Assembly: GCF_006345805.1 (NCBI RefSeq)
Contig: NC_042998.1
Coordinates: 172,794,001 to 172,858,000, forward strand
Origin: Octopus sinensis
Lineage: Eukaryota
Direction of reading: 5' to 3'
DNA: 64,000 nucleotides
This document shows, piece by piece, positions 12,556-24,766 of this stretch. The translations under genes and the position numbers were made by a program. Position 1 is the stretch's first letter. Every line of letters starts with the position of its first letter. A model generated the notes under the pieces. The model was not told the DNA's origin. It saw only the letters and a program-made list of their open reading frames with translations, and searched no databases.

Positions 12556-13525
12556 TAATAGGATTAGCTCGTATACGAGTAGGTATATATTTGTAAAAAA
12601 TGAAGTTCGAAAATGCTGCTATATTATACAATTTTTAATTTTTATATATACATTATAACATGTTTCAGTTCCTGAAATGAACCTTATCAAAAAAAGTTAT
12701 ATATAAAAAAAGACAGCTCATGCCGTCAAACACAAGAAATTCATTTATAATACACAACGGAGTCAGACATCTTAAAGTTCAAATATAGTTTGAAGTAAGT
12801 TCATTCATGCTATATGTTCAAAGTGTTCGATGCAGTGGCCCACGGTGGCAATACGTATTCAATACAAAAAACAGATCAAAGTGGTGGAAAGTAGTCAATA
12901 CAGAAGATTGATGTTCCCGAAAGAGCGAGGAATTCATTTTTACCTTGAGCAATTGTGATGACCCATGGTGGATGTTCGCTGGGTGATTCTAGTGAGTCTT
13001 GTGAGTTGTTCGGGTTTTATAATGCTTGTTTGGTGGTCAGTCCAGTGTAGCGTGACGTCATTAACGTTTTGACCAATCGTTTCGTTAGGTGGCTTTAGTC
13101 AAGCAGAACGGTACGTCATCAACATTCTGACCAATCGTCACCTATCGCTGTATTATGACTGCCTCTTGTCTGTATCCTGTTTTGACCAGTCGTTTCGTTA
13201 GGTGGCTTAGTCAAGCAAGACGGTACGTCATCATGATTCTGACCAATCACGACTTATAGCTGTATTAGATCTGCCCCTTTTCGTTAGGTGGCTTAGTCAA
13301 GCAGAACGGGACGTCATCAGCATTCTGACCAATAGTGACCTATCGCTGTATTATAACTGCCTCTTGTCTGTATCCTGTTTTGACCAGTCGTTTCGTTAGG
13401 TGGCTTAGTCAAGCAGAACGGGACGTCATCAAGATTCTGCCCAATCACGACTTATAGCTGCGTTAGATCTGCCCCCTGTCTGTATTTTGTTAGGTGACTA
13501 GTCAAGCAGAAAGGTACGTCATCAA
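12556..13525 (-). mobile_element. Probable Penelope-like terminal-repeat (pLTR) fragment between two (TA)n tracts, with degenerate hammerhead at ~12650-12700
   Basis: Minus strand TTGATAA-ggttc-atttcag-gaact-GAAA-catg-TT has helix II and a palindromic ACATGT helix III. Bounded by (TA)n at both ends; no coding homology read. Confidence 0.45.
13050..13522. repeat. Tandem minisatellite with alternating ~113/86/112/94-bp units, each containing ACGTCA-N12-CCAAT
   Basis: gttaggtg anchor at 13084, 13197, 13283, 13395 and 13489; A-B-A-B higher-order pattern. Confidence 0.9.
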
Positions 13526-13540
13526 TATATATATATATAA

Positions 13541-15230
13541 TCATTTTAGCATTTTCTACCTTATCTTAGTTATTAACGGTGTAGAGGGATGTTGGTTCTG
13601 GATTTTGATTGTTTAAGCAGCAGCAGCAGCCGAGGAAGAAGACGGCGAAGAAAAAGAAGAAAAAGGAGTAGGAAAAGACGAGAAAGGAGAAGAAAGGAAA
13701 GACGGCAGTGGTATGTCAGTAGTAGGCTGTTCGTGGAATCTTCTTTAATGGTCAAGTGACCTAAAAGTGACCTGTTGTGGTTGTAGGAGTAGTGATTGGA
13801 ATTGTTCTAAATATATATATATGGGTTGTGACTGTTCTGAATATATCGATTTTAGTATTTTCGTGGGTATTATCCTAAAATCCTTGTAGCCGATCATCTG
13901 TGATGGAAGCATTGAAAAGTGGTTCATATTTTGCGATAAACTATGATTCTTTGCAAATGCGCTGATTATAGGTTGCGTAGTCCCTGAATTTATAGAGGGG
14001 AAAATTCTGAAGTTGGGTTGTTCCTTAGTGGTGCAAATGTCGATGTGTTCGTTTAATGCTATTTTTCTGTATTCCCGAATTTTAATCTGGGTATTTTAAT
14101 CTGGAAGAGGTATCTTAATGACTGCTTCATTCTTTGGCATGAAAGAATTTCAAGCACTTCTAAATGGACTTGACATAAACAATTTCAAGCACTTCTTAAT
14201 AGACTTGACATAAGCATTCAATTTACGATGGAATATAACAACTTCCATTTTTCGACATCCTCATTAAAAAATCCAACAGCAAAATAGAAACATACATATA
14301 CTATAAGCCTACGGACTCCAAGCAATATCTACCGATCAACTCATGTAGCCCCAGACACACCAGAATGAATAATCCTTACAACCTGGCAAAAAAAATTGTA
14401 CTGTATTATCTGATACAAGCATCAGGGACACACAACTACATGAGCTAAAGGATACACTCATCAGCAGGAACTACCCGCCATCACTATTTGATATAGAGTT
14501 TCAACGTGCCTTACAACTCAACATCCACGAACTCAGACATCCCAAACTAAAGAAGGACTTACAACCAAAAGCCCTACATTAATATCCACACACAAGCCCT
14601 AAGCAATGAAGACTTCGACACCGTCCTCCAGAATATTCCTTCACTAAAAATGGACCACAGAATGAATCAAATTCTCCAAACGCACACCATCATAAAGAGC
14701 AAAAGACATACCATCATAAAGAGCAAAAATAATTGCAGATTCGGAATCAGCGATCCCAAATTATCTATGAGCACCATTTCGTCTAACAGTAGCAAAAATT
14801 TTGTGGCCTAGTATAATCAGGGCATTAACAAATAATCACACTTTATCGCAAAATATGAACCCCTTTTCAATACTTCCACCACAGAGGATACTGCTACAAG
14901 GATCTTATAATAATACCCATGAAAATATTAAAAACGATATATTCAGAACAGTCACTACCCATGAATTCATTTAGAACAATTCCAATAACTACTGCTACAA
15001 CCATAAGTAATTTTTGGTCAATTGAATATTAAAGATTCCACGAACAGTCTGCTACTGTCATACCACTACCATCTTTTCTTTTCTTTCTCTTCTTTTCCTA
15101 CTCCTTTTTCTTCTTTTCCTTCCTCTTCTTTTTCTTCGCCGTCTCCTTCCTCGACTGATCTGCTTAAACAATTAAAATTCAGAACCAACGTTCTTCTGCA
15201 CTCTTAGTAACAATTTCTTCAGATCTGTTA
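13541..15230 (+). mobile_element. Decayed Penelope-like element: plus-strand RT thumb region + 3' region (14130-15230), preceded by an inverted copy of the EN C-terminus/3' region (13541-14100, minus)
   Basis: Plus strand LPFFDILIKKSNSKIETYIYYKPTDSKQYLPINSCSPRHT..YNLAK..RDTQLHELKDTLISRNYPP matches Penelope RT C-terminal motifs. Minus strand EHIDIC..FRIFPLYKF..ICKE*FIAKYEPLFN matches the GIY-YIG C-terminus. 13590-13990 and 14840-15200 are inverted homologues. Confidence 0.8.
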
Positions 15231-15269
15231 CTACATGCCGAACCTTCACAAAAGTAAAAAAAAAAAAAA

Positions 15270-15330
<61 letters not shown>

Positions 15331-15689
15331 TGTTCTACCTATTTTAAGACTACGGAAATATTTGAAAAAATATTTTATTTAATTTTTCTTCAAATCAATT
15401 ATTTTTCTTGCTTTGCTCTAAGTTGAAAAAGTCGAAAAGACTGAAAGCGTTACTACAATGTTCTTCATGATAAAATTATTTTAGCATTATTTTCTACCTT
15501 GTCTTATTTTCCTTATACATATCAACTCATATGTTACTTTTCAACCTCCTGCACACACAAAATATGTAGGCATTAGAAATTGCTTATAGAATTTTTAGCA
15601 TCACAAGCCATTAAAACAGTTATTAAAACAGACAACACTAATGGGGATTTCTTACCTTTTTATTGTCTTATTTTTATTTCTAATTTTCC

Positions 15690-16230
15690 AGGTGGTCAGT
15701 CGCTTGACTGTTCAGGAGCCTGCTAAAATAGCAGCTCGCTATGAAGTGTGGAACTTCATTGTTTTGGATCGGGGATGGTGGAGTGCATGGAAAGATACGC
15801 ATGTAACATTACGACCGGAGACAATAAAAAATTATCGTGCAAACCTGATGACCACGGGCTCTGTGAACGATGCAAGAAGTGGCCGTCTAACCACATCCCA
15901 ATCAGTAAAGACGTGGAAACAGTGCAGGAAATGTTTAATCGCAGCCTTCGAAAAGGCTGCTCGTGAAAGTGGACTAACAAGACACACAGTGCATACAGTG
16001 TTGCATAAAGAATTGAATTTTCATCCGTTGAAACCCCATTACGTGCAGGGGCTTAAACCTAAAGATTGTGACTGCAGAAGTCCAAAACTCCAAGAAGTCT
16101 AGATCTCCATGCGATTTTTACCTGTGGGGTAACACACAAAAGAGGTGTACAAAAAAGAATAAAAACTATCGCACTGAAGGACATGGAGGCACGGATTCAG
16201 GAGGTTCTTAATGACATTCCAGATGACATC
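15690..16230 (+). mobile_element. Internally deleted Tc1/mariner transposase relic
   Basis: TGSVNDARSGR..AARESGLTRHTVHTVLHKELNFHPLKPHYVQGLKPKD (N-terminal HTH region) is joined directly to PCDFYLWG (C-terminal motif); the catalytic core is missing. Confidence 0.75.
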
Positions 16231-16327
16231 ATATATATATATATATATATATATATGTAGGTCCCGGGTTGATTCGGGGTTAACCACAGTAAGTAAGGTA
16301 CTCAATACATAGCAGAGTAAAATTAAT

Positions 16328-16458
16328 TTATTATATAGAAGGAGCTTCTACAGGACTAGTACTGTTTCATTCAAGAGAAATCTTCAGGAAGCTAATTCCT
16401 GAAGATTTCTCTTGAATGAAACAGTACTAGTCCTGTAGAAGCTCCTTCTATATAATAA
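16328..16458. repeat. Perfect 63-bp inverted repeat with 5-nt loop; each arm carries a hammerhead core
   Basis: 16328-16390 is the exact reverse complement of 16396-16458. The arm reads CTGAAGA-tttctcttgaat-GAAA-cagtactag-TC-ctgtag. Flanked by (TA)n. Confidence 0.9.
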
Positions 16459-17373
16459 TATATATATATATATATATAATATATATATATATACTCACAT
16501 TAAATGAGTTTTTATGTATTATGAACATCTTTCAGGCCCTAAATACATTTCAGTTATTTTTAAGTTTGGTAAACTCGTAAAAGAAAGAAATCTAATGTTC
16601 AAACACAAAGCCATGCTGGAAAAGTTTGAAGAACAGGTGGAATAGAAAGAATACAAAAAAATCAAAGAAAAGACAAAGAGAAAATGATACACGATTTTTA
16701 TGATTTCATTATACTCATTGTGTTAAAATGTAACAAAATGATAGACAAAAATATAATGAAGCTAATTCGAGAAAAAAATTAAAAAAGAATAAACAAATGT
16801 AGGCGTAACTGTAGGTGTTTTCAAGAAACATTGCTGAAAATGATGGTTGCTTCTGAAAAGCGTAAAACAACAACCAAAAACTCCAAATATATATCAACAA
16901 GTAAAAACAAATTGTGATTGAAAATTGTTTGAATACTAATCAACTAAATACTGTAGGTGGATTTTTGGAAAATTAATATGAATAAATGTTAGTAACAAGT
17001 AGTAAAGCCGTTGATAATATATTTAACATAACTATCACTTAATAAGTCGAACAGCAAATAGTTAATGAATCTGAATTTTCTAAAGATCGTACCTGTACTA
17101 ATGAGGCAAAGCATTAGCTTTCTGAACAAGAATACCACAAAGTAGATAACTAAGATAACTAGGATGTGGGCATGCAATGGGTACTGTGTTTTATATTTGG
17201 CAATAAGGATGATAAATCCGGACATATTCAGGTGTTATTAAACTTCCTCAGCGAAATATAATCTACAGCTATATTGTCAGACCTTAAGATGACCGATGGA
17301 ATTCAAGGAGTATAGGAGTATAGAATGCTGATAAGTTTCACAACTTGAAAACAATGTCTAGGATATATATATA

Positions 17374-17409
<36 letters not shown>

Positions 17410-17415
<6 letters not shown>

Positions 17416-17690
17416 TAATAATAGAAGGGTAAAATTTATTAATTAAATTAATTAATTAATTAATCAATTAATTAACAATTTTACCAAGAAGATTGTAACG
17501 TTAAAATAACGTTTATAGGTAAAAATTATCCGCATAATTATAATTAGGGTTCAGCTAACTGCTTCACCACATACCGAAATTAGAAAAAGGAGTTAAAAAT
17601 TCCTTTTCTACAACTATAAGAATCTCCATGACGGTAAACATAATTTTTTTATGAAAGCAAAAAGAAAAACAATGAATCAACACGACCAGG
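17410..17690. mobile_element. Diverged solo fragment related to the 599-bp hammerhead array unit
   Basis: aataatagaagggt..accaag..tagggttcagc..caccacataccgaaattagaaa..atctc aligns with the array unit across its junction; lies between (TA)n tracts. Confidence 0.6.
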
Positions 17691-18269
17691 ATATATATAT
17701 ATATATACCTCTCTCTCTCGCTCCCTTTATATGTGTGTGTGTGTGTGTGTGTGTGTGGTGTGTAACAGAGTTATTTGTGAGGGATTATCAATACGGGTAA
17801 AATGCTTCATAAGGTTTCCGTTAGTACTTCTGGCTAACAATATGGTTTAGATTAGTAAAGAAATCCACCCCTACTAGTGCAGGGTCCAAGGTTATACTTC
17901 ATCACCATTCTATATTGTAAATCCGGTGTTCTGCTCGATTTATACTGGTTTTTACACAGAGTGGTATACAAGACAAGGTGTAAATAATGGTCATTGCACA
18001 TCTATTCTTTATTGTAGTATATTCCACTCACAGTTGTTTCCAGTAGCCATTATAGGTTCATTATCGATATGATTATTTAATCGATCCATTGATCAGTTGA
18101 GAAAAATTGAACGATCAAAAAGATTTGTGCTACTTTCGTCAAAGTCATTTCTGGGTATATTAGAGAAGAATACTGAAAGAATGGTACAGTAATGGTGGGG
18201 CTTAAAGAGATACAAGTGGAAGAGAGATAAAGAGAAAAGGGAAAGGGAAGTGATAATTTGGAAGAGAAG

Positions 18270-18740
18270 GACTTAGAGGAAAGCGTTACTCATATTGTTA
18301 ATAAAAATAGCATGCTGATACAGAAAGAATGCAAGAAAAGACACGATAGCCTAGGGATAACAATTCACTGGAATATATGTAGAAAGCTAGGATTCGAACA
18401 CGAATAAACACGAACCTAGTAAGGTGCTTGAAAGTAAGAAATATAAGATGTGTGATTTTAACATTCAGTATGACAAAGTAATAGAAGCAGGAAAGCCTGT
18501 AGTAGCAGTAGACAAAGAGAATAGAAAGTGCCAGGTAATAGAATTTACAGTCCCAAATGATAAAAATGTCAATATGATATGTATAGAAAAAATGACAAAG
18601 CAGCAGGGCCTAAGTATTGAGTTACAGAAACTAAACCGATGAATGAAGGAAATAGGCGTAAAACATAGTTTATTGCAATTCCGGAGAACAGCATTGTTAA
18701 GGGCAGCGATGATATTTCATAAGTTTCTTGGCATCTAAGG
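18270..18740 (+). mobile_element. R4/Dong-type (restriction-like endonuclease) LINE 3' fragment, decayed
   Basis: ESVTHIV..KKRHDSLGITIHWNICRKLG..HEPSKVLE..DFNIQYDKVIEAGKP..VDKENRKCQVIEFTVPNDKNV matches the CCHC/RLE C-terminus. Confidence 0.75.
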
Positions 18741-18828
18741 TTACTTATTGTAGCCCAGTGTCAGCAATTTTTTGCAACAGTTTAATATGCTCCGCTAAAA
18801 ATGAAACAATACTACACACACCAACACC

Positions 18829-18885
<57 letters not shown>

Positions 18886-19040
18886 GTATATATATATATA
18901 GTTGAGGTGTATTCCATTAAGAACGTATTAGAGTACAAAATAGAGCTCGTTTACCCTTACAATTACCAGATACCCGGCAGTATTATGATATACTACCAAT
19001 TCTAGGCTTTGGCATTCCTCATGTGTGAAAAATAAAAAAA

Positions 19041-19228
19041 AAGAATAAATAAAGCCAAGAGGAAGGAGTTCGATTCGACAGCTGTTTAATGACCACTACC
19101 CATGTTTCGTACAACATAGACTCACATGTTTATAGGTTTTATGTGGATCTATGTTGTATCGAAACATGTGTGGTTGTCATTAGACAGCTGTTGAATCGTA
19201 CTCCCTCTTCCTTTTGACTCTATTTATT

Positions 19229-19231
<3 letters not shown>
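19041..19231. repeat. Imperfect fold-back inverted repeat with hammerhead 3' half (GAAACATGT), abutting (TA)n
   Basis: Arms of ~90 bp around a ~13-nt loop; right arm gat..atc-GAAA-catg-T. Confidence 0.7.
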
Positions 19232-19301
<70 letters not shown>

Positions 19302-20449
19302 GTGTGTGTGTGTATGTGTATGTATGTATGTATATATGTATATACTCCATTCCTTAACTCATTCTTATTCGCATTGCTGCCAACCCTGGTTACCTACCGT
19401 GAAATATCAAAATAACTTTTTTCAGTTTATCCGTACCTCGATAAGAAAAAACCCCACAACTTTACCTCTCAATTAACCACCATTGTCCCTGAAAGTTGTT
19501 TTATATATATATTCACTACGGATTGCTTGTATCTATCTATCTATCTATCTATCTATTTTATCTCCCCCCTTTTTTTGTCCTCTTTCTTTCCATTTACGAT
19601 CCCTTTTGATCGAAAACCAAACCCCCTTCTTTTACCCCCAAAAGAAAAGCTCTATCTTGTAATTTTGTCCTGTCTGTGTGCAGCCCTGTGTGGCTAATAA
19701 AGAAACATATCTATCAATCTATATATCTATCTATCTATCTATCTATTTATCTATCTATCTGTCTGTCTGTCTATCTGTCTGTCTTCTAGTTTGTAATCTG
19801 TGTGCAGCCCTGTGTGGCTAATAAGAAACATATGTCTTTATATGTAAATACATGTATGTATGGATAGATGATAAATATATATAGATAACTCAGTGCAGCA
19901 GCTACTATGCCTCGTCTACTGTTTCTTGTGGGTTCAATTTCCCCTATCTGCATTTTGTTCTATGAAAACATTGATTTTAGGCCAGATTATTAAACTTGTT
20001 ACAAGACTTACGAACCTAACCGTAGAATCGTATTGTAATATTATAGGAAATGTACTCCGTTCTAGGATTAAGATTAGTAACTTCTTGACGATTAGGTTCG
20101 ATGAAAATTAAAGATAACAACTCTAAAATTAGAAGAGGTGACATGTACATAACAAACACATTAGTTTTCAAACATATTCCATTTCAAAACTATCCTTACA
20201 GTATTATGTAAAATACTATATTAAAAGAAATTATGTGCAGAGTACGCCTTGTATTTGGATGCCTCGAGATCAAAACAGAATAGTCCCAGTGAGTGTTTCG
20301 TAGCCTCTGAAGCATATGCATGTTATTCTGTCCACCAGGCCTGTGGTGCTAAGGAGGTTTTCGCGACTACCATCCGAAGAAACCTCAAACAGGTCATTAA
20401 GACTGTGAGGCCACCAGTCGGCCGACTTTTGGGCAGCAGCATAAATGGA

Positions 20450-20720
20450 GTTTGCTGGACATAAAAAGTCCAATCATAATGACTTAGAACTTGTACCAGA
20501 TTTCTTAGCCCAGCACTTGTCGGATAGTGGACTCCGCCATTTTCACTGTCCGACGGTAATCCTCATCGACTGCCTGGATTTACTGTCCTGGATGTGCGGG
20601 ATGAACCCGGTTATTCTAATGATATCTGACTGGCGAAAAGGCTTCCTTCACTTGACTGCAAATGGCATATATCCACCTTTGGTCTCCAGCTCTTTTCTGA
20701 TTATGAACACAAAGTACCCT
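20450..20720 (-). mobile_element. Tc1/mariner-superfamily (DD37D/maT-like) transposase N-terminal relic
   Basis: Minus strand ..QSMR..MAESTIRQVLG*EIWYKF*VIMIGLFMSSK resembles the SESTIRRVVHEDIRYKSYVMRRGQFMS motif; many stops. Confidence 0.45.
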
Positions 20721-22035
20721 GTCATGTTCAAGAAGCTAGTTATCTCTGAGGTATTTCTGTTGGCGACTAGACACGTGTGTACAATCTACTCTTTTCTATT
20801 CCGTGTCACATTTGCATTATTTTAGTTGATGTTGATAAAAATGAAAGAAATTGGAAACGTAAAATCTGACATGTGCTGCATAACATTAAGTTGGATCGCC
20901 TTCCATTTACCGCTCACTAAAATTTATTCACAGTTACCCAGCGCATCCTGTATTTCATGCTCTTCTATAAATCTCAATGAAAATACCCTCAAAATACCAG
21001 TGGAATTTTCATGAGCACTACTAATTTTAATTAGTTTAAATTTATTGTCTCTTTCCATTAAATATGCGTGTATTACTTTTATTGTTTGTTTTCATGCCCC
21101 AAACATCCCTAGATAAACTCTTCTCTATCATGTGTTTTAAGAAGAAAAACAAATTCCAATATACTCACTGCATTTGTTTATTTAAAGCAAATACTTTTGG
21201 ATAAATCGAACAAGTAGTATATCAACATTGGATTCTTATCAAATAAATATAGATTTGACATTTAGGTCATAATTCTGATTCCCCACTCAATCATGATGTT
21301 GCAAAATGACATTTCCATATATTCTTATTTCGGTAGTGAAATTCCTCATTTCGATAGGCTCCTACTTTCGTCATTGTCATAAAAATGAGAAAAAGAAACT
21401 AACATTTCGACATATTTCAAATATTTAACTATAGAATGAATAACTTGTTTGTATATCAACTATGTTTTGCTACATACCTGCAAAGTAACGTTTTAGTTAT
21501 ATAGCTCAAAATGGTTTTGAGAATCCCAACAAATTTTATGCATAATACTGTACGAAAGTATTGTCAAATTGATAGTTTTATTTCTACTGTCTCCTAACTC
21601 AGAATGTCACACAACAAATACATTTAAAAGCAATCTTGCATGTAGCATTTAATACGGAATATAATTTTGTGATATTTAACGAAGAATTCGGTGAAACTAT
21701 TTTAATGAGTCTCAGTTAATCATTGAAATATTTCAACTATTTGTCATTATTCTTTCATACTTTCATCTTTTTTATTTGTTTCCGCCATGCAACTGCGGTC
21801 ACGCTGGAGCAACTGAAGACTAACTACTCTATGCTTCCCCTGAACTCTATATTCGTTAGGTTTCATATCTAATCTTGTGAAAACTCTCCTAAATGTTCTT
21901 GCTAATTTCAATGGAAGAACAGTTAACTTCGAACTGCCAAGATTCGAACTCCTCAGAAATACAAATAATGGTATTAATAACAGCAATAAAAAATATTGAA
22001 CCTTTTCTACTGTTCCAGTAACAGTTGTAGTTATT

Positions 22036-22580
22036 TCATAATAATAATGAAATTATTGTATACAGTGCTCAGGTGCACCACAACTTGTCAAAAGTGCGTA
22101 TAAAGCATATGCAGTAATGTACAAATGTCTGGGAAGTGAACAGCGTATGAGCCAGATACATACTTGCGTGTGTATGGAGGGGAGAAAATCAGGTGTAGTG
22201 TTGGCGAATCTCAGGAAGCATGAAAGTTTTGAAGGATGCAGTGCTCCGACAACTAACAACTGATGCTGGCAGTTTGTTCCATTGTTCAGCAACTCTTTGC
22301 ATGAAAAAATGTTTCCGAAAGCCATGGGAGCTGTGCTGTTTTCTGACTTTGCAAACATGTCCACGAGTGTTAGACAGGTGGAGTTTGAAAAGAGGTTCAG
22401 AGTTATTGCTTGTAAGATGGTTAATAATTTTATGGGTGCCTGCCAAGTCAGCTGCCAGACGTCGGAGTTTCAATATATCCATGCCCAGGGAAGTAAAGCG
22501 TTCAGAATATGGCAAATGCCTGATGGAGGGTATTATCCAGATTAATGTTTTATTTAATCACATGACATAGTAGGAAAATT
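22036..22580 (-). mobile_element. CR1/L2-group LINE 3' fragment with (TTA)n tail
   Basis: PYSERFTSLGMDILKLRRLAADL..KII..NTRGH..RKHFFMQRVAEQWNKLPASVV..FK, followed by 3' UTR and a short tandem tail. Confidence 0.85.
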
Positions 22581-23261
22581 TATGGAGAACATGCCTTTCC
22601 CAATGGGATTACCGATGAACCTGAAATGAAAGTATTTTCAATCTTAGCTAGAATAACTATAGGGTCAACTAGTTGTTAAACTCTCTTTTGCCTTGCTGGT
22701 TTTGCCAACCTGAGAATTATTAAAAACAACCCAGCAAAATATATGCATATGACGTTAGCAGCTAGAGAATTATAATTTCATATTTTCTTTTACACAAATG
22801 TAACTAAGAGTATGATTATATAAACTACTTGGTATATGAATGGCTCAAGTAAACGCCCACTCAATAATACTATATTTTATATTACCTTAGTAGCAATGTC
22901 GCAAGACATGATACTATCTTTGGATTTTCTTGTATCATAGTCTTGACAACGGAGACTGTTAATTGTCAGATAACTGCAATTTAATATTGAAAATCCGAAG
23001 AAATAAAAATGAAAATAGCAAGCAGCAAATGTTAAATGCTAAAGTCATACGTAAAAAAAAAAAAAACACAGCAGAAAATATGAATTTTCGTTCTGTGCGA
23101 GTAATGGATGTAAAAGCGTTTATATTCCCGAAAGGGATCTATTTGTAGCTTATTTGATAAGTGAGAATTTTCCAAGAATCTGGAATTGATACTTTTCGAG
23201 AACATAAGCGTGTTTCAAAAATCAGAAAGGTTAGAGATAGAAAATTAAAAACACATTATTG

Positions 23262-23498
23262 GTTCCTAATATAGGCACAAGGCCAGCAATTTCGGGGGAG
23301 CGGATAAGTCGATTACATCGACCACAGTACTCAACTGGTACTTATTTTATCGATCCCGAAAGGATGAAAGGTAAAGTGTACTTCGGTTGAGTGAATTCAG
23401 AACAGAAATGCCGCTATGCATTTTGCCCAGCAAACTAACGATTCTGCCAGGTAAGTAATTTGTCCGGCGTGCTAACGAATCTGCTCGCTCGCAGCCTT
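23262..23498 (-). mobile_element. tRNA-derived SINE family A
   Basis: Reverse-complement head and core, with a partially duplicated head. Confidence 0.8.
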
Positions 23499-23610
23499 AG
23501 CAAAAATGAAAACAAATTTATGAAAAGATGCGACAGCAAACGTTATACAGTACGTATTGATCCTTTTCAAACGGCCTTCAAATGCTAATGTTTACTGCCT
23601 CTTCTTTCAG

Positions 23611-23725
23611 ACCCACAAATGTATTAAATCACAACATAAGGAAGGAACTAGATTTAACAAGTGTTGAAAAACGCTCTAATATCTTGGAAAACACAAGCGA
23701 AAGCTGTCCTTGTAATTTCTGTTAA
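23611..23725 (+). CDS. Candidate terminal coding exon; gene unidentified
   Basis: Branch-like GCTAAT (23584), polypyrimidine tract and CAG| at 23610. 37 open codons PTNVLNHNIRKELDLTSVEKRSNILENTSESCPCNFC*, then AATAAA at 23765. Confidence 0.4.
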
Positions 23726-24766
23726 AAATACTTTTTTGCCGTGGATGAGTGCTAAAGTTTACTTAATAAAGCTAACGAGCGAAGACATTACGGTTTCCGA
23801 TTGATGTCTGCGACCACTTTACTGCATTTTAGCTGCTAGTTTTCGTCGGTATACAAGCTTTGACTTTCATTCTGTTAGGTTGATAAAATATAGTACTGAG
23901 GAGAGCAATTTAATAGACTGACTAATACTAAAGCCTTTTAGATTTTCTAGGTTAGAGACTATGGGTGAAAATTACGGCCTGGGCTTTAAGGAATATTTCT
24001 GTAAAGAACAGTAGAAAGACAAAATGACTAAACAATGCTACACAAATCTTATAACAAACGGGATACATGGCGCATATGTCATCGTGCTTGTATCCCAATA
24101 GAAGAAAGAGAATGGAGAGTATAATGTAGGCTATTAGCAAGCTAATGAGAAGAAACTGATTTTGTAGCAGTAGGGGATCAGAGCTGATGTAGATGAAATA
24201 ATTGTTGACGTTTCAGATCTGCGAACAAAATTCAATTGCAATAGTAGAAGCGGGAATAGAGTTATGACTGTAGAGATTGGGATATAACATCTGCAATCTT
24301 TCTTTGAAAATATATTGTTTCTGTCAGTTAACGAACATTTTACTTCTGTCGTTTCAAAATCAGTACAACAAATGCTATTGCTGTCACATCAACTAGAGAA
24401 CATATCAATATCTAAGGCAACTACTAAATATGAAGAAAATATTTTGACAAGTATAAATGGCAATAAGGAACAGAATATATGAATAATTGATTTTTCCCGA
24501 GCATTTTGGAATTTTTTCCCTTGGAATATTGAGAGTAATTAGAAAGTTTAGAATATTAGAATATTTGTTTGTACCTTTTCACATAGTACACGTTCACCTA
24601 TTCATACACAAATGTAATTGTCAGAGCACTAAGGTAGACATACTCACAAATGCCTACATATATGTATATTCACGAACATGAACACACACTCACATAATTT
24701 CAGTTGTGCAAACGCATTCATATACATGTGACAATATCGTAGCAGAGAATGCAATATTGAAGATTC

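Noticed and set aside
13283-13445. Minus-strand words (C/T)TGATGA..GAAAC..GTC in the minisatellite look like a hammerhead
   Set aside because: Neither helix I nor helix II can be paired; the words arise from the ACGTCA and TTTCG motifs.
13050-13522. CRISPR-like repeat/spacer appearance
   Set aside because: Units are wholly homologous with no unique spacers, the context is eukaryotic, and no cas genes are present.
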